Source of the DNA: Eledone cirrhosa
Taxonomy: Eukaryota
Direction of reading: 5' to 3'
Length of the DNA: 64,000 nucleotides
NCBI GenBank assembly: GCA_964016885.1
Contig: OZ024743.1
Span: 144,956,001 to 145,020,000 of the forward strand
Part shown: positions 28,278-40,792 of the stretch, piece by piece
Numbering within the stretch: the stretch's first letter is position 1
How the letters are laid out: every line of letters starts with the position of its first letter
The notes under the pieces: generated by a model
The model's input: the letters and a program-made list of their open reading frames with translations, nothing else
What the model was told of the DNA's origin: nothing
Database searches by the model: none
Program-made: the position numbers and the translations under genes

Positions 28278-29629
28278 CACATATATATATAACCTTCAGG
28301 TACCAACCTGATCTCCCCTCTTCCGCACTTTCCTGGCGAAAGACTTCCGTTCGAAATTTCCATCCTCGTGAACCTAATAAGACTTTGTATTTTTGCATCT
28401 CTGTGTATATTTTGTTTTATTTGTTCAACTATATCTATCTATCTGGGGCGGTTCAAATTCCCGAGATCCATATATATAAGATGAGGATAGGAATAGAATT
28501 TATAGAGAGTCTTCCACCTGCTATTCCTATCTTCATCCTCACCTCACTGGCTGAATAATTCCCTGTTCCATTCTCTTTCATTCTTTTGGTACATTTAAGT
28601 ACATTTGTATCTATGTTTATTTACCGTTTTGTGGAATCTCAAGCTATTTTACTGCCTTTATTATATGTACATTTTTACTGCCTTTATTATATGTACATTT
28701 TCATTTTCTTCTTTTATGATCCACTGTTTGTTTTCGATATTTTTAAATATATTTTGTACCATGTTGTTTCATTTATTATATTGTAGCTTTCTGACCATTC
28801 TTTAATTTAATTATCTTTAATTTATCTTTGTTTCTTATTCTTATCTTTATTTTAAGTTACTTCAGGTCAGCCTATACTATTAACAGTCATTCTATTTAAT
28901 TGTTTACATCACTCACTAATAGTTTCTTATCGGTTAGACACATTGACCCGGTTGATCTCAATTAGCTTCACTGCTGTCTGCAGCAAGCTGGGAGGGGGTG
29001 GGGGTATATTCCAACAATCCACGCCTCCCTCTGGACATTCTCTCTATATCGAAAGATTCCACTCTAATGCTTCGCTCATCGAGTGCATGAATCTCCTCAG
29101 CTGAGTCTCTGGACATGCGAATTGACTCCACTAGGCTATAGTTAAGCATAGACCAAACGATGGGGAAGGACTCCCATACCTGATAGCCCAGATAAACTTT
29201 ATAATGACTACTTTATATTCTTAGGTTATATCGTTATCTATTTCAAGTATATCCACTTAGTTTTATTAAATTCTCAATATAATTTATTTTGTTTATTTCA
29301 TGATTTTAATTATTCCAACTCCACTTTAACAGTTAACCCCTCGCCGCCCAAATAACGTTCAAGGTGTGTACATGTTGCCGACAAGTAAACTATTGGGGTG
29401 GGAGGTGACATATATGTCACTACTGCTACAGCAACCACTGTCTGCTGCGATTCTGCATGCTTGCTTGTACTGCAAATGCAAGGAGTTATTTCCAAGCCAA
29501 ACTTTGTAGGCCCCCTTCTTTGCTTAGATAGCATCTTTGACCTATTAGTTCAACCAAGGGCTCCTCTTGCTACCCGACGCCACACCAAGCCTCTTTCGCA
29601 CGCAGCATTAAACAGAAACTGCGGAGCTG

Positions 29630-29815
29630 AACAATCTCTGTCCGCGATTCCCCTTATACCATGTATATTTATGGATGTCTCTGTGCCGGAAGAAGGTGTC
29701 CATAATAAAGAGTCCATTGACAGACCAGAATTCTAATAAGGCCTCTCCATTCATATTTAGATCGGGGTGGAGTTTCCATCCTCCATCCAAATCTACAAAT
29801 GTCCCCATTTCATTA
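29630..29815 (-). pseudogene. Fragment of an RTE-type APE domain
   Basis: Peptide NMNGEALLEF.SVNGLFIMDTFFRHRDIHKYTWY. Confidence 0.65.
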
Positions 29816-30053
29816 TCTCCCCTAGTAGTTTATCGCTGTTGGTCCGGGTTTGTTTATTCGCACGGCAGCTACCCGCTTATATCGCAACGAACCATCATAG
29901 CTGGTGGCCGTATCACTATCCGCCAACTGTGACCGGTTCCTAGCAGAACAGTCTCGTATCATGAAAATAATTTTTGTTGGAGAATTTTAAAGAATTTTTA
30001 AAGAAATTTAAAAAATATTTGAAGTTGTGTGAAATTGTTGAAATACTGTTATA

Positions 30054-30118
30054 CCATCTGACGAGCTCAGGCTAGTGGAATGGGTAGTACGAAAAGCTCA
30101 GCAAAATACGTATCATGG
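30054..30118 (+). ncRNA. Decayed hammerhead motif
   Basis: CCAT-CTGACGA-GCT...AGC-aAAA-tacgta-TC^ATGG. The GAAA core is mutated to AAAA, consistent with CpG decay. Confidence 0.6.
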
Positions 30119-30212
30119 AGATGAAAATAAACCTGAATACAACTGCATATGACCTTCGATGTTTTAATACGCCCACTCTCGCTACCTCTGTCACTCTCTC
30201 TCTATCTCTCTT

Positions 30213-30321
<109 letters not shown>

Positions 30322-30475
30322 ACGTGCGCGTTTGTGTGTATGCATGTATACAGATGCTTAATGGGAGAGAGAGACCACCGGCCCTTATATATTATATATA
30401 TATATATAATATATATATGTATATATACATATACATACACTCACACACACACACACACATGCATACACACACACT

Positions 30476-30575
<100 letters not shown>

Positions 30576-30771
30576 ATGGTAATTTCGTGATAATAAATTG
30601 TTCTTAGTTTTTAGTTTCAGATCAATAAACACTTGCGTAAGAAGTATTGAGGCAAACGATGTAGTTCCACCGTTATGCATGTATAGCTGAGCGGTGAAGA
30701 AACTACACCTAAGCCCGCCAGCTGGTATATCGGATAGATAATCGCATCACTAATGATTACATAAGTAATGC

Positions 30772-30834
30772 ACTGTCTGATGAGATCCTGTCTCATTATT
30801 ACATGAAAGATGCTAAGGAAATACTTATCACAGT
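30772..30834 (+). ncRNA. Hammerhead motif
   Basis: ACTGT-CTGATGA-[34 nt, weak stem II]-GAAA-tactta-TC^ACAGT, followed by AATAAA. Confidence 0.65.
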
Positions 30835-30875
30835 ATTATGTAATAAATCGAATGTGATGAATTTATAACATACTG

Positions 30876-30914
<39 letters not shown>

Positions 30915-31097
30915 TTTAGAAGGAACAAGCGGTCGCTGTGTGGTTACTTGATAAAGTGTATTTAGAAATAAAATGAAAGCACTAACAAGGGACAGGTCCT
31001 CTCTTCAGTTATCTTCGAACCACTTGAAAGCACAGAAAAGCCCTCTGTGATCTTCGCCAAAGTTACTTTCGGAGCCGCTTGAAAGCGGATCTCAGAC

Positions 31098-33063
31098 TCA
31101 GAAGCTCCCGCGTCTTGCGACGCATGAGGCAATCAAAGTGTTCCACCGCGTTCGGTCAGCAGCCAGTTGCACAGCGTCCCGCCGTTGTCTGTTTGTCGCT
31201 CGCAGGTCCCTCTCAACTTTTTTGCGCCAGTTCATTTTGGGTCGCCCTCTCCGTCTGCTTCCCTGTGGGTTCCATTTAAGTACTTGGTTCGCCAGTCTCT
31301 CCGGGGAAAATCTCAAAGCGTGCCCAAACCAGCCCAGGCGTCGCCTGCAGATGGCAGAAGAGACCAGCTGCTGGTTGGTGCGATTCCTGACTTCCTGGTT
31401 TGTTACATGATCACTCCATTTAATCCCCATCTTTCGCAGACACCTGGAATCGAATGCGTCCAACTTCTTCTCTTGGCTGGTCTTAAGGTGCCATGTTTCA
31501 CTTCCGCACAAGAGTGTGGACAGCACGTTGCTGTTGTAGAATCTCATCTTTATTTTGAGGGTGAACTTCCTGCTCTTCCAGATCTTGACAAGCTGGTTAA
31601 ATGCTGCTGAAGCCTTTCCCATTCTACATTGCAATTCACTGTCCATGGCGCCCCCATTGTTCCTAGGTAGGTGAAGTTGTCCACTATCTCCACCTCCCCC
31701 TGTTCAATGAAAACACTAGTTGGTGATGGGTGTGTCCCAGATAACATGCTTTTGGTCTTCTAAGCACTGATATTGAGACCTAAGCTTCCTGCTTCGACAT
31801 TGATATTGTTCATAATGATTTGCAGGTCAGCTGTGCTCTCTGCAAGTGCAACAATATCGTCCGCAAAGTCCAGGTCAGACAACTTTTGCTCTCCCACCTA
31901 AGATATACCCTGGTCTTTAGACGCTCTTCTTAGTACCCAGTCAATGGCTATGGCAAAGAGAATTGAGAGAGCGAGCAACCTTGACGCACACCAGTAACCA
32001 CCTCAAACCAGTCACTGTAACTATCCTTTGTCCGTATGCAGCACTTGGAGTTTGCGTAAATCTGTTTGATTGTCGAAATGACTTTCTGGGGCAGACCATA
32101 CTCATGCATGATGCTCCAGAGTGACGGCCGATGAATGCTATCGAATGCTTTGGAGAAATCGATGAAGCTGACGGCGAGGGGCCTCTGGAATTCGTTGTAC
32201 CTCTCAATGATGCGGCGTAACGTAAAGATCTGCTCTGCGCAGGAACGTTTTGGTCGGAACCCTGCCTGTTGTTCTCGCAGTTTCCGGTCTACCATGCCAC
32301 GTATGCGGTTCAGGATCATCAGACAATAGTCCTTCCCTGGTATGGAGAGAAGTGTCACTCCCCTCCAGTTGTCACAATCGGCAAGGTTGCCCTTCTTGGG
32401 GATACAGACAACCGCTCCGTTTCTCCAATCTTCTGGGACTTCACCCGTGTTCCACACAAGATTACATAAGTGGCCCATCCACTTGACCATGCTTTCGCCT
32501 CCTGACTTCAGCATTTCAGCAGAAATGCCATCCATACCTGGTGACTTGTTATTCTTAAGGGTTTTGATGGCCATGCGGACTTCCTTCTCGGTGAAGTCAT
32601 CAGTATTGATAGGCAACAAACTAGTAGGTTCCTTAGTGTCTGCTGGCACACGTGGCTCCGGTCGGTTGAGGGCTTCCTTGAAATGTTCAGCCCATCTGAC
32701 TAACTTTTCTTCACCCTTGAAAAGCAGCGTACCATCTTTCGCTTTCACCGGGCCTGAGTTAGCTCTAGAGCTGCCGGTGATTTTCTTGGCAATTTGGTAC
32801 ACAGAGCGCATGTCATTGCGTGCCGCAGCTGCTTCCGCCTCCTCTGCCTTACCCTCAATCCACATTCGTTTGTCCTTTTGGGCGCTGCGTTTCACCTCCT
32901 TGTCCTTATCAACATACTGCTGATATACCTTGATGGCCTCTGGGGTAGTGGCATGCCTCTGCTGGTGTAGGGCTTTCCTTTCATTAATCAGCTGCCAGGG
33001 TTCCTGTAGCCCAGGATTTCTTCCCCTGCAGCTTCCATGGTCTTCTTCATTTCCTCCCACCAA
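31098..33063 (-). pseudogene. RTE reverse transcriptase and C-terminal region, interrupted by frameshifts and stops
   Basis: Motifs KSPGMDG, IPKKG, NWRGVTLLS, QAGFRPKRSC, IDFSKAFDSI, GVRQGC, DLDFADDI (about 31855-31878), FTYLG, LGWFGH and RRRGRP. Confidence 0.88.
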
Positions 33064-34049
33064 TTGAGCGAGCCTGGTTCAGACTCCTCAAGGACAGCAA
33101 ATCTGTTCCTCAAAGCAGCCTCGAACTGTGCTTCCGTGTCACCGTTCTTCAGCTTGGTAGTGTCAAAACGCCTTGTAGTGAATGCTCTCTTCTTCTGCTT
33201 CCTCAGTCTGATTTTAAGTTTGGTAACAGACAGATAGTGGTCACTGCAGAGATCTGCGACCTGGTAGACTCGGACGCCCTGCAGGCAAGGAGCTCTCCAA
33301 CTTGGGCTAATCGCAATGTGGTCTATTTGCGTCTTGGTCCTGTGGTCGTTCGAAGCCCATGTGACCTTGTGGATGTTCTTGTGGTCAAATAGTGACGAGC
33401 CGATTTTCATATTGTTCATGGCACAGAACTGGACAAACCTGTCCCCGTTGTCCGTGCGATTTCCATAAGCATGGGGGCCAAGGACATGTTCAAAGACAAC
33501 CCTGCTTCCCCCGATCTGTGCGTTCATGTCTCCCATGATGATCAGGATGTCATGACGTGGGGTTTTGTTTACAACATCTTGTAGTTGCTGGTAGAAAGCG
33601 TCCTTGTCATCATCGTTATGTTCGTTGGTTGGAGCATAGCACTGAGCTATGGTGACCTTTGCGTGTGATGTGGTGAATCTTGCTGTCATTAAGCGTTCGT
33701 TGATAGGAGTCCACTCCTCAAGGGCACCACTGGCAGCCCTGTCCATGATGATTGCAACTCCATCTCGGTGGGTCCCGTTCTGACGGCCTGAGAACAGGAT
33801 GGTCTTGTTTTCATGGACAAACTTCCCAAAGTCAGTCCAGCGGACCTCGCTGAGGCCCAGGATGTTAATTTTGTAGGCCTCCATTTCTCCGATAACTTGC
33901 GGAAGTTTGGATGGTTGGTACATAGTTCTTATGTTCCAATATCCAATACGTGTGGTTGTTTTTGCAGACAGAATTCTGGTCCTCAGGATGTCGGCTTCCT
34001 CATTGAGACTTTCGCCGACACCCGTCATACAATCTCCGGTTAGAGACAA
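32988..34049 (-). pseudogene. RTE APE endonuclease portion
   Basis: Motifs WNIRT, GLSEVRW, QCYAPT, MGDMNA, NGDRF, QIDH and SDH. Confidence 0.88.
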
Positions 34050-34481
34050 CCGTTCTCCCGACTGCTTGGAGTTTAAATCTGATGTACTATGAATTGTTTT
34101 CGTAGCAGGAGAGTTTTTCCGGATGGCACATCCAAAATATAGGGACCAATAAATATTTCTAAGATAATATTATCTCTGGTTCTTTCTTTTCCCTTTTTCT
34201 TCCTCTCCTCCTCTCAATCTCATCTCCGTTTATCCTCCCGAGTTTGTTGCCTGAATATATACAACCTCGTCTCCATTACAGCGGCTTCCTAAACGCAACG
34301 AATGTTCATTTTCTGCAATGTCTCAAGAAAGCCACCACACTCTCTTATATATATTCCCCTCCCCGCAAAAAAATCTAATTGACTAAACCCATGCTTTTTC
34401 TCCAGAAATGTTTTTTATTTTTTCGTTCCTTCCTCTTCTCACTTTCTGTCTTTCTATTTAATTTTGTTTTTCTCATTCCAA

Positions 34482-34515
34482 CCTCTGATGAAGGACTGTC
34501 GCCCAAAACCTTAGG
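34482..34515 (+). ncRNA. Decayed minimal hammerhead at the end of a PLE remnant
   Basis: CCT-CTGATGA-aggactgtcgccc-aAAA-cc-TT^AGG, matching the common PLE pattern CTGATGAAGG...CCGAAACGTT. Confidence 0.5.
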
Positions 34516-34556
34516 ACTCTTATAGTAACTCTAATGCTCTGGTGGATGGAGGATGG

Positions 34557-35585
34557 ATCCACCAGAGCATTAGAGTTACTATAGACTACCCAAGTAGACA
34601 CCCCAACCATCGATTACCTGTACTAGACACAGAGCTCTGGTTAGATACAATTAACAACCAAAAACAAATCCTCCATTCCCATTATGCCAAACCCATGACT
34701 TCCAAACATCTGATCCACCGAAACTCGGCCATTTCGGACCATACCAAAATCAACATACTGATTGCGGATTTGGTACGGGTGATGAGAAATGTGTCCCGCA
34801 TGTGCAACCCCGAAGAACTAGAGAGACACATACAACACTTCATCCACCGTATGCAGTTCTCTGGCTACAATCAGAGAGATAGAATCAGAGTATATAAAGG
34901 AGCCAGAACCAAATGGGAAAAAATGGTAAATAATGACATAAATGGGACCTGCCCCTTGTATAGGAGCAAATTTTGGAATAGAATAGAAAGAACTAGGAAC
35001 AAGGCCAATAGAATAAACTCATGGTATGATAGCAATAAATACCAGAGTGTAATGTTCATCAATACAACCCCTAGAGGCGAACTAGCCTACAAATTTAGAA
35101 GGGCCCTAAAGAAACATAATCTCAATATTAAGATAGTAGAAAGACCTGGTACCTCCGTAAAAACACTTATTAGCAAGACATACCCGTTCCAAAGACCCTC
35201 ATGTATAGATAAGAAATGTATAACCTGTAAAATAAGCCCCCATATTAACTGTAAAACTAGAAATGTAGTATATAGCATAAGATGTACTGAAGGACAATGT
35301 AGAAACAAAAATATAGTGTACATAGGTGAGACAGCTCGTAGTATAGGGGAACGAATAAATGAACACTGGCGAGACCTCCAAGATAATAAAGAATCATCTG
35401 TGCTCTACCAACATGCTAAGATAGAACACAGGGGTAAATTAGAGAGCATAGAAATAAAAATAGAATCCACACACAAGAAAGACGCAATGTTTAGGCAAAT
35501 TACAGAGGCAGTAAGCATAAAAGAATTAAAACCAAAATTAAATAGAAAATATGAGTGGAACAGCAACATCACAACTTACAATTAA
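34557..35585 (+). CDS. PLE RT thumb/linker and GIY-YIG endonuclease (5'-truncated)
   Basis: Motifs DYPSRHPNHRLPVLDTELW, HYAKPM, FSGY, CIDKKCITC...C, VVYSIRC..C...YIGETARSIGERINEH, H...EH, RQITEAV and PKLNRKYEW. Confidence 0.88.
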   Translation: MHQSIRVTIDYPSRHPNHRLPVLDTELWLDTINNQKQILHSHYAKPMTSKHLIHRNSAISDHTKINILIADLVRVMRNVSRMCNPEELERHIQHFIHRMQFSGYNQRDRIRVYKGARTKWEKMVNNDINGTCPLYRSKFWNRIERTRNKANRINSWYDSNKYQSVMFINTTPRGELAYKFRRALKKHNLNIKIVERPGTSVKTLISKTYPFQRPSCIDKKCITCKISPHINCKTRNVVYSIRCTEGQCRNKNIVYIGETARSIGERINEHWRDLQDNKESSVLYQHAKIEHRGKLESIEIKIESTHKKDAMFRQITEAVSIKELKPKLNRKYEWNSNITTYN

Positions 35586-35890
35586 GGACAAAATGAAAAC
35601 ACACACACACATAGAACAAACAACTTACAATTGAAAACACACACAAAATGAAAACACACACAAGACAAAATGAAAACACACACACACATAGAACAAACAA
35701 CCAACCAACAATAAATAAATAAATAAACAAACAAATAGAAAAATATAAATAGAAAAATAGAAAAATGAACACAAACACACACAGACACCCGGATGTGGCG
35801 CATGCGCAAACTGAGCACGCAACCCACACACAAACAAAATGGCGTAGGATAGAAGAAAGGAAAGGCACAGAAACGAAGAAGGAAATCCCC

Positions 35891-35935
35891 AGTCACTGAA
35901 GAGGTCACAGAGTGTGTGACGAAAGAACTATGACT
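35891..35935 (+). ncRNA. Minimal type I hammerhead ribozyme in the PLE pseudo-LTR
   Basis: AGTCA-CTGAAGA-gGTCACAgagtgTGTGAC-GAAA-gaac-TA^TGACT. Stem I is AGTCA/TGACT and stem II is GTCACA/TGTGAC. Confidence 0.8.
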
Positions 35936-36150
35936 ATATATATATATAAACAACTATCTGGTTGTGGAACCAACCAACCAACCAGAAATTTATAAATTTG
36001 TAAATTTATAAATATATAATAAATTAAATTGAAGTGAAAGCAAGTGGTGCGTGTGTTTCTTATTGGCAACATGACCCTCCCAAAGTATAACAATATCGGT
36101 TTCAACACACGATTTCAGATAAAGAATCTTGCTAAACAAATTCAGAAACG

Positions 36151-36303
<153 letters not shown>

Positions 36304-36655
36304 TTCATCGGCCCGTTGCACTTTGATTGCCATGTTTATAAAAAAGGACTATGGTACATTGCGTTGGTGTCTTAGGTAATCATGAGACTGTATTCTAATA
36401 TTACTAACAAGCTTTAGAATATATAATTCCGAATATCAAAACCAAATGTAAATGACACAAAGAACAAAACATATTACTACTGTTAAATTATGAAGAATGT
36501 AGTACCTCTTCCACAGAATTTAAGTTCGACTTTTTGTCTTGATCATATGATGGTTCAGAAGAAAATATTACACCAGCGCCTTTATTCAATTATCTGTGTG
36601 GGAATGCGCTGATTCACGACAATGATCATCCTCTAAATGTCGCCCCCGCAAACAC

Positions 36656-36765
<110 letters not shown>

Positions 36766-36892
36766 ACACACACGCGCGCTCGCGCGCGCAATTTGCGATA
36801 ATATAACTGTTAGCTTTTAGTCATCTTTTAGTAGGTTTAATTTTTCTTATACCAGGTAGTAGTAGTAGTAGTAGTAGTAGTAGTTTAGTAGT

Positions 36893-36931
<39 letters not shown>

Positions 36932-37264
36932 TTGGTGGTGGTGGTGGTGGCGGCGGCGGCAGCGGCTGCGGTGGTGGTGGTGGTGTGGTGGTGTGGTGGT
37001 GGTGGTGGTGGCACGGATAATTGGTGAAAAATGATAGAAAAACAGAAATAGACGGAGATTATGAGGAGGATGATCAAGAGGGGGAATAGCAAGAGCAAAA
37101 GAGGGCGGCGGAGGAGGAGAAAGGTGAGGAAAATGAACAAGGAAGGGGAAGAAGAAATACAATTATTCTGTATTATCGTTCCAAATTTAGTATTTCTAGT
37201 GCGAAGCCTGTACAAATGGAAGGAAGCCAAATTAGCGATAATAGATTGTGAGAAGGAGAGAGAC

Positions 37265-37311
<47 letters not shown>

Positions 37312-37314
<3 letters not shown>

Positions 37315-37550
37315 TTCTTTATTAGCCACAAGGGCGCAACAAGAAAAGGGGACAATACAAAGACATGCCGGGGATTTTACATACAGTCGTGTAAAAAAAT
37401 ATAAAATCAAACAATTTCAACAATTGAAATCCCCAATAGGGGGGAGGCGCCACAAATGGGTTGTTTAATACTCCGTCGATAGAACAACCCTCAACTCAAG
37501 GAGCGTGTTGTGCAAGTGCTCTTTTCTTCCTTTTGCTCTCTTCCTCAACC
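37312..37550 (-). mobile_element. 3'UTR fragment of a sibling Tx1-group LINE in an (ATCT)n/(TAGA)n tract
   Basis: Shares CTCCCCCCTATTGGGGA (17/17) and terminal CCCTTGTGG(C/T)TAATAAAGAAATC (22/23) with the 3'UTR of the element at 43421-49443. (TAGA)n lies on both sides. Confidence 0.8.
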
Positions 37551-37602
<52 letters not shown>

Positions 37603-38149
37603 GGATGGATGGATAGATTGATAAAAAGCGAGAGAGAGATACGAGTAGGTAAATATAGTGGATATGGTGTGAAATAAGTTAAAGAGAAAAGAAAGACGAA
37701 AAAGTATCTGATAGCACTTCAAACGATTTGCAATAAAGCGAAAAAGATTTTACCGTTTCTTACCTTATAAGTTTTTAAAAAAAAAACAAAGATATCATTT
37801 GCATATCAGTTTATTGTTTCAGTAGCATTTTTTAAAAAATTCGAATATTTTTTTTGCTCTTCTACTAAATAACCAGATTATTTAGTAGAAATCTTGTGTT
37901 GTTTTATTTTTAGTTTACATTACAATTGTTGTTCTTTAAGCCGTTATGATGTTAAGAGATAATTTCACGAGCTACATGAATCTACAGTCGTTATATTACA
38001 TGATTTACTATAAAGAAATATATGCTATATGTGCATGTATGTATGTATGCATGTACGTATGTATGTATATATGTATGTATGTACGTATGTATGCATATAT
38101 GTATGCACGTGTGTATGTATGTATATATGTATGTATGTATATATGTATG

Positions 38150-38181
<32 letters not shown>

Positions 38182-38336
38182 TGTATATGTATGTACGTGT
38201 GTATGTATGAATATATGTATGTATGTATGTATGTACGTATGTATGTATGCATGCATATGTGTGTATTTTGTGCATGTACAAATTCACACAAGCACTCTCT
38301 ATCTTTATCTCATTTCCTTACACATATATGCATACT

Positions 38337-38388
<52 letters not shown>

Positions 38389-38774
38389 TATATATTATAT
38401 ATGTATTATATATATATATATATAAATATGCGCGCGCGCGCGCGCGTGTGTGTGTACATTACCATAGTACTTGTCAAAAATGACAGTGTTTATATTAAAA
38501 ATATTAATTCAATAATTCCTTGAATATTTATTATATCCATTCTATCTACAGATACTTGAATATTCGGTTATTCCTGCCCTTTTATCACTTGTCACTTCGG
38601 TTATTGCTGTATTTCATTTTACATTCATTTTAATCAATTACAATAATTCTTCCATGTTTTCTTTAATCATTACCGGACTTATATCCACTAAATAACGATA
38701 AATTTTTTCTGTCTATGTATCTATCGATCTCTCCTCGGGCTTCCATTTGGATTCCAGCTTCGTTGCCGTTATTG

Positions 38775-39060
38775 CCGTTTCTGATGACAAGTGTTCCACA
38801 TGATCACTGGAACAGCCCGCTTGTAAAATTAACGGGCAGTTAGTTGAGTGTTCCACGCGTACCCTTAACGTGGCCCTCATGAAGATTTAGTGTAACAGAA
38901 TGTGACTAGGCTGGCCCTTCGAATTAAATGTACAACTCATTTTGCCAGTTGAGTGGACTGGAACAACTTAAAATAGTGCTTTGCTCAAGGACACAACGCA
39001 CCGCTAGGAACCGAATGATCATGAACCGAATACAAACCGACAAGAAAGCCACGCGCCTTT
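38775..39060 (-). mobile_element. tRNA-derived SINE family 2; other copies at 1290-1505 (-), 4218-4297 (+) and 55633-55915 (+)
   Basis: tRNA-like head followed by TGTGTCCTTGAGCAAAGCAC...CCAGTCCACTCAACTGGCAAAATGAGT, with the body shared among copies. Confidence 0.7.
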
Positions 39061-39061
39061 A

Positions 39062-39251
39062 CTGTCCGCGTTTGTTCTACTCTCAGAATTGGCACATATT
39101 GAGTAGGGGACGCCTGGGGGCAGGAAGCCCCTTTTGGAAAAAGCCGATGATTTTGTAAAAGTATAGTTTTCGAAGCAGCACTGAAGTATTGACATAAATG
39201 GTATACATAACTGCTATTTAATACCCAAGCAACGCCGGGTACCTCTGCTAG
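39062..39251 (+). mobile_element. Non-autonomous Helitron 3' end; a second one at about 5177-5204
   Basis: Subterminal hairpin ACCCAAGCAACGCCGGGT followed by CTAG|T. The second copy reads CGCAGCAAGGCGCGGGTAATTCGGCTAG|T. The 5' boundary is uncertain. Confidence 0.6.
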
Positions 39252-39271
39252 TATATATATATATATATATA

Positions 39272-39433
39272 GTGTATTTAGAAATAATAGGAAAGCACAA
39301 ACAAGGGACAGGTCCACTCTTCAGTTGTCTGCTGGAGGTCTCGGACATTGCAACGCATTAAGAGACCTCCAGCAGACAAATGGAGCGGGGGAGCTGTCCC
39401 TTGTTTGTGCTTTCCTTTTATTTCTAAATACGC
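39272..39433. repeat. Inverted repeat with about 70-bp arms; a single-arm homolog lies at about 30955-31010
   Basis: GTGTATTTAGAAATAA...TTGTCTGCTGGAGGTCTC pairs with GAGACCTCCAGCAGACAA...TTATTTCTAAATACGC across a 19-nt spacer. Confidence 0.85.
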
Positions 39434-39465
39434 TTTTTCAAGTAACCACACAACCCCTTGTTTCT

Positions 39466-39598
<133 letters not shown>

Positions 39599-39987
39599 GA
39601 GAGTAGATATATCTTGTCAACATTGTATATGCCATAAACACACATACATACATACACGCGCACAAAGACATAGGCACACAGTCGTATACACTCATAGACA
39701 CATACATACACACATTGCTTCGGGGCAATTGTGAAATTGGATTAATACAAATTGTATGGAAGCCGGTTGGATGTGTTGCATCTATATTTCAAACGTTGTC
39801 ACGTACTCTCTCGTGGTGATTCGGCATGAGAATTAAATTTAGGATACAAACGACTTTACTATTAAAACAGACTAAGATCTGGTGTTGGGCATGCAAAAGT
39901 CATTCTTGCAAAATGGGGGTATTTAAAGGAAGGGGACGTTGTATGTGACTGCGGCATCGAACCACAGAGTACGCAGCACCTCCTGAT

Positions 39988-40001
39988 GCGCCCCCTGCTG
40001 G
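39988..40001 (-). promoter_or_regulatory. CTCF-like core motif
   Basis: The minus strand reads CCAGCAGGGGGCGC, matching the bilaterian CTCF consensus. This is a motif match only. Confidence 0.4.
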
Positions 40002-40572
40002 AACACCTCTGCACAGCATTGGACTTGGCAGAGTTTAATGAGAAACGACAGCAATGTGTTCAGCTGTGGTGGAACCACATCTAGCCAAGCTTTGTAACTG
40101 ACACTCTTGTGGACACAAGAAGAAGACTACTAAAGGCTCATCGTCGTAAGCGACGGACCATCCATCACACATACGCTCACAGGCATACACACATAATACA
40201 CATACATACACACGCATACACGTTCACATACACTAACACATTCGTTAAATAATCTTTTTCGCACGAAAACGATTTTAGTTTTGATCTCTCTCTTTCCCCC
40301 TCTCTCTTTCTCTCACTCTCGCTCTCTCTCTCTCTCTTTCCATCTATCTATCTAATTCTGCCTCTCACCTCACCATTTTACCGTTATACGTCCCCTCCCC
40401 ACATATTTATATATTTCAAGCGTTAAACTAATATATTTCTTCCATATATACTGTGCCGTTTGTGTTGTTATTTTTGTTATTTCTGTTTACTTTTTACACA
40501 TCCACACCCACACACACACGTACACACACGTACACACACGCACACACACACACGCACACACACACAAACACG

Positions 40573-40683
<111 letters not shown>

Positions 40684-40725
40684 TTGCAATGTATATATAT
40701 ATATATGCAATATATATATATATGC

Positions 40726-40792
<67 letters not shown>

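Larger units (their letters stand above)
31091..34122 (-). mobile_element. Near full-length RTE-clade LINE with frameshifts
   Basis: Single APE-RT coding region split over ORFs 32988-34049, 31948-33063 and 31098-31646. Very short 3' end with a (TCTGAG)2 tandem tail and no C-terminal zinc finger, as expected for RTE. Confidence 0.88.
34521..36150 (+). mobile_element. 5'-truncated Penelope-like element (Naiad-type) with 3' pseudo-LTR
   Basis: GIY-YIG ORF, a 27-bp inverted duplication at the 5' junction, a CA-rich 3' region containing a hammerhead, and an end at (TA)n. Confidence 0.82.

Noticed and set aside
34557-35585. Selenoprotein-type Naiad (in-frame TGA and SECIS)
   Set aside because: The retained ORF has no internal TGA and ends in TAA, and I recognised no SECIS.
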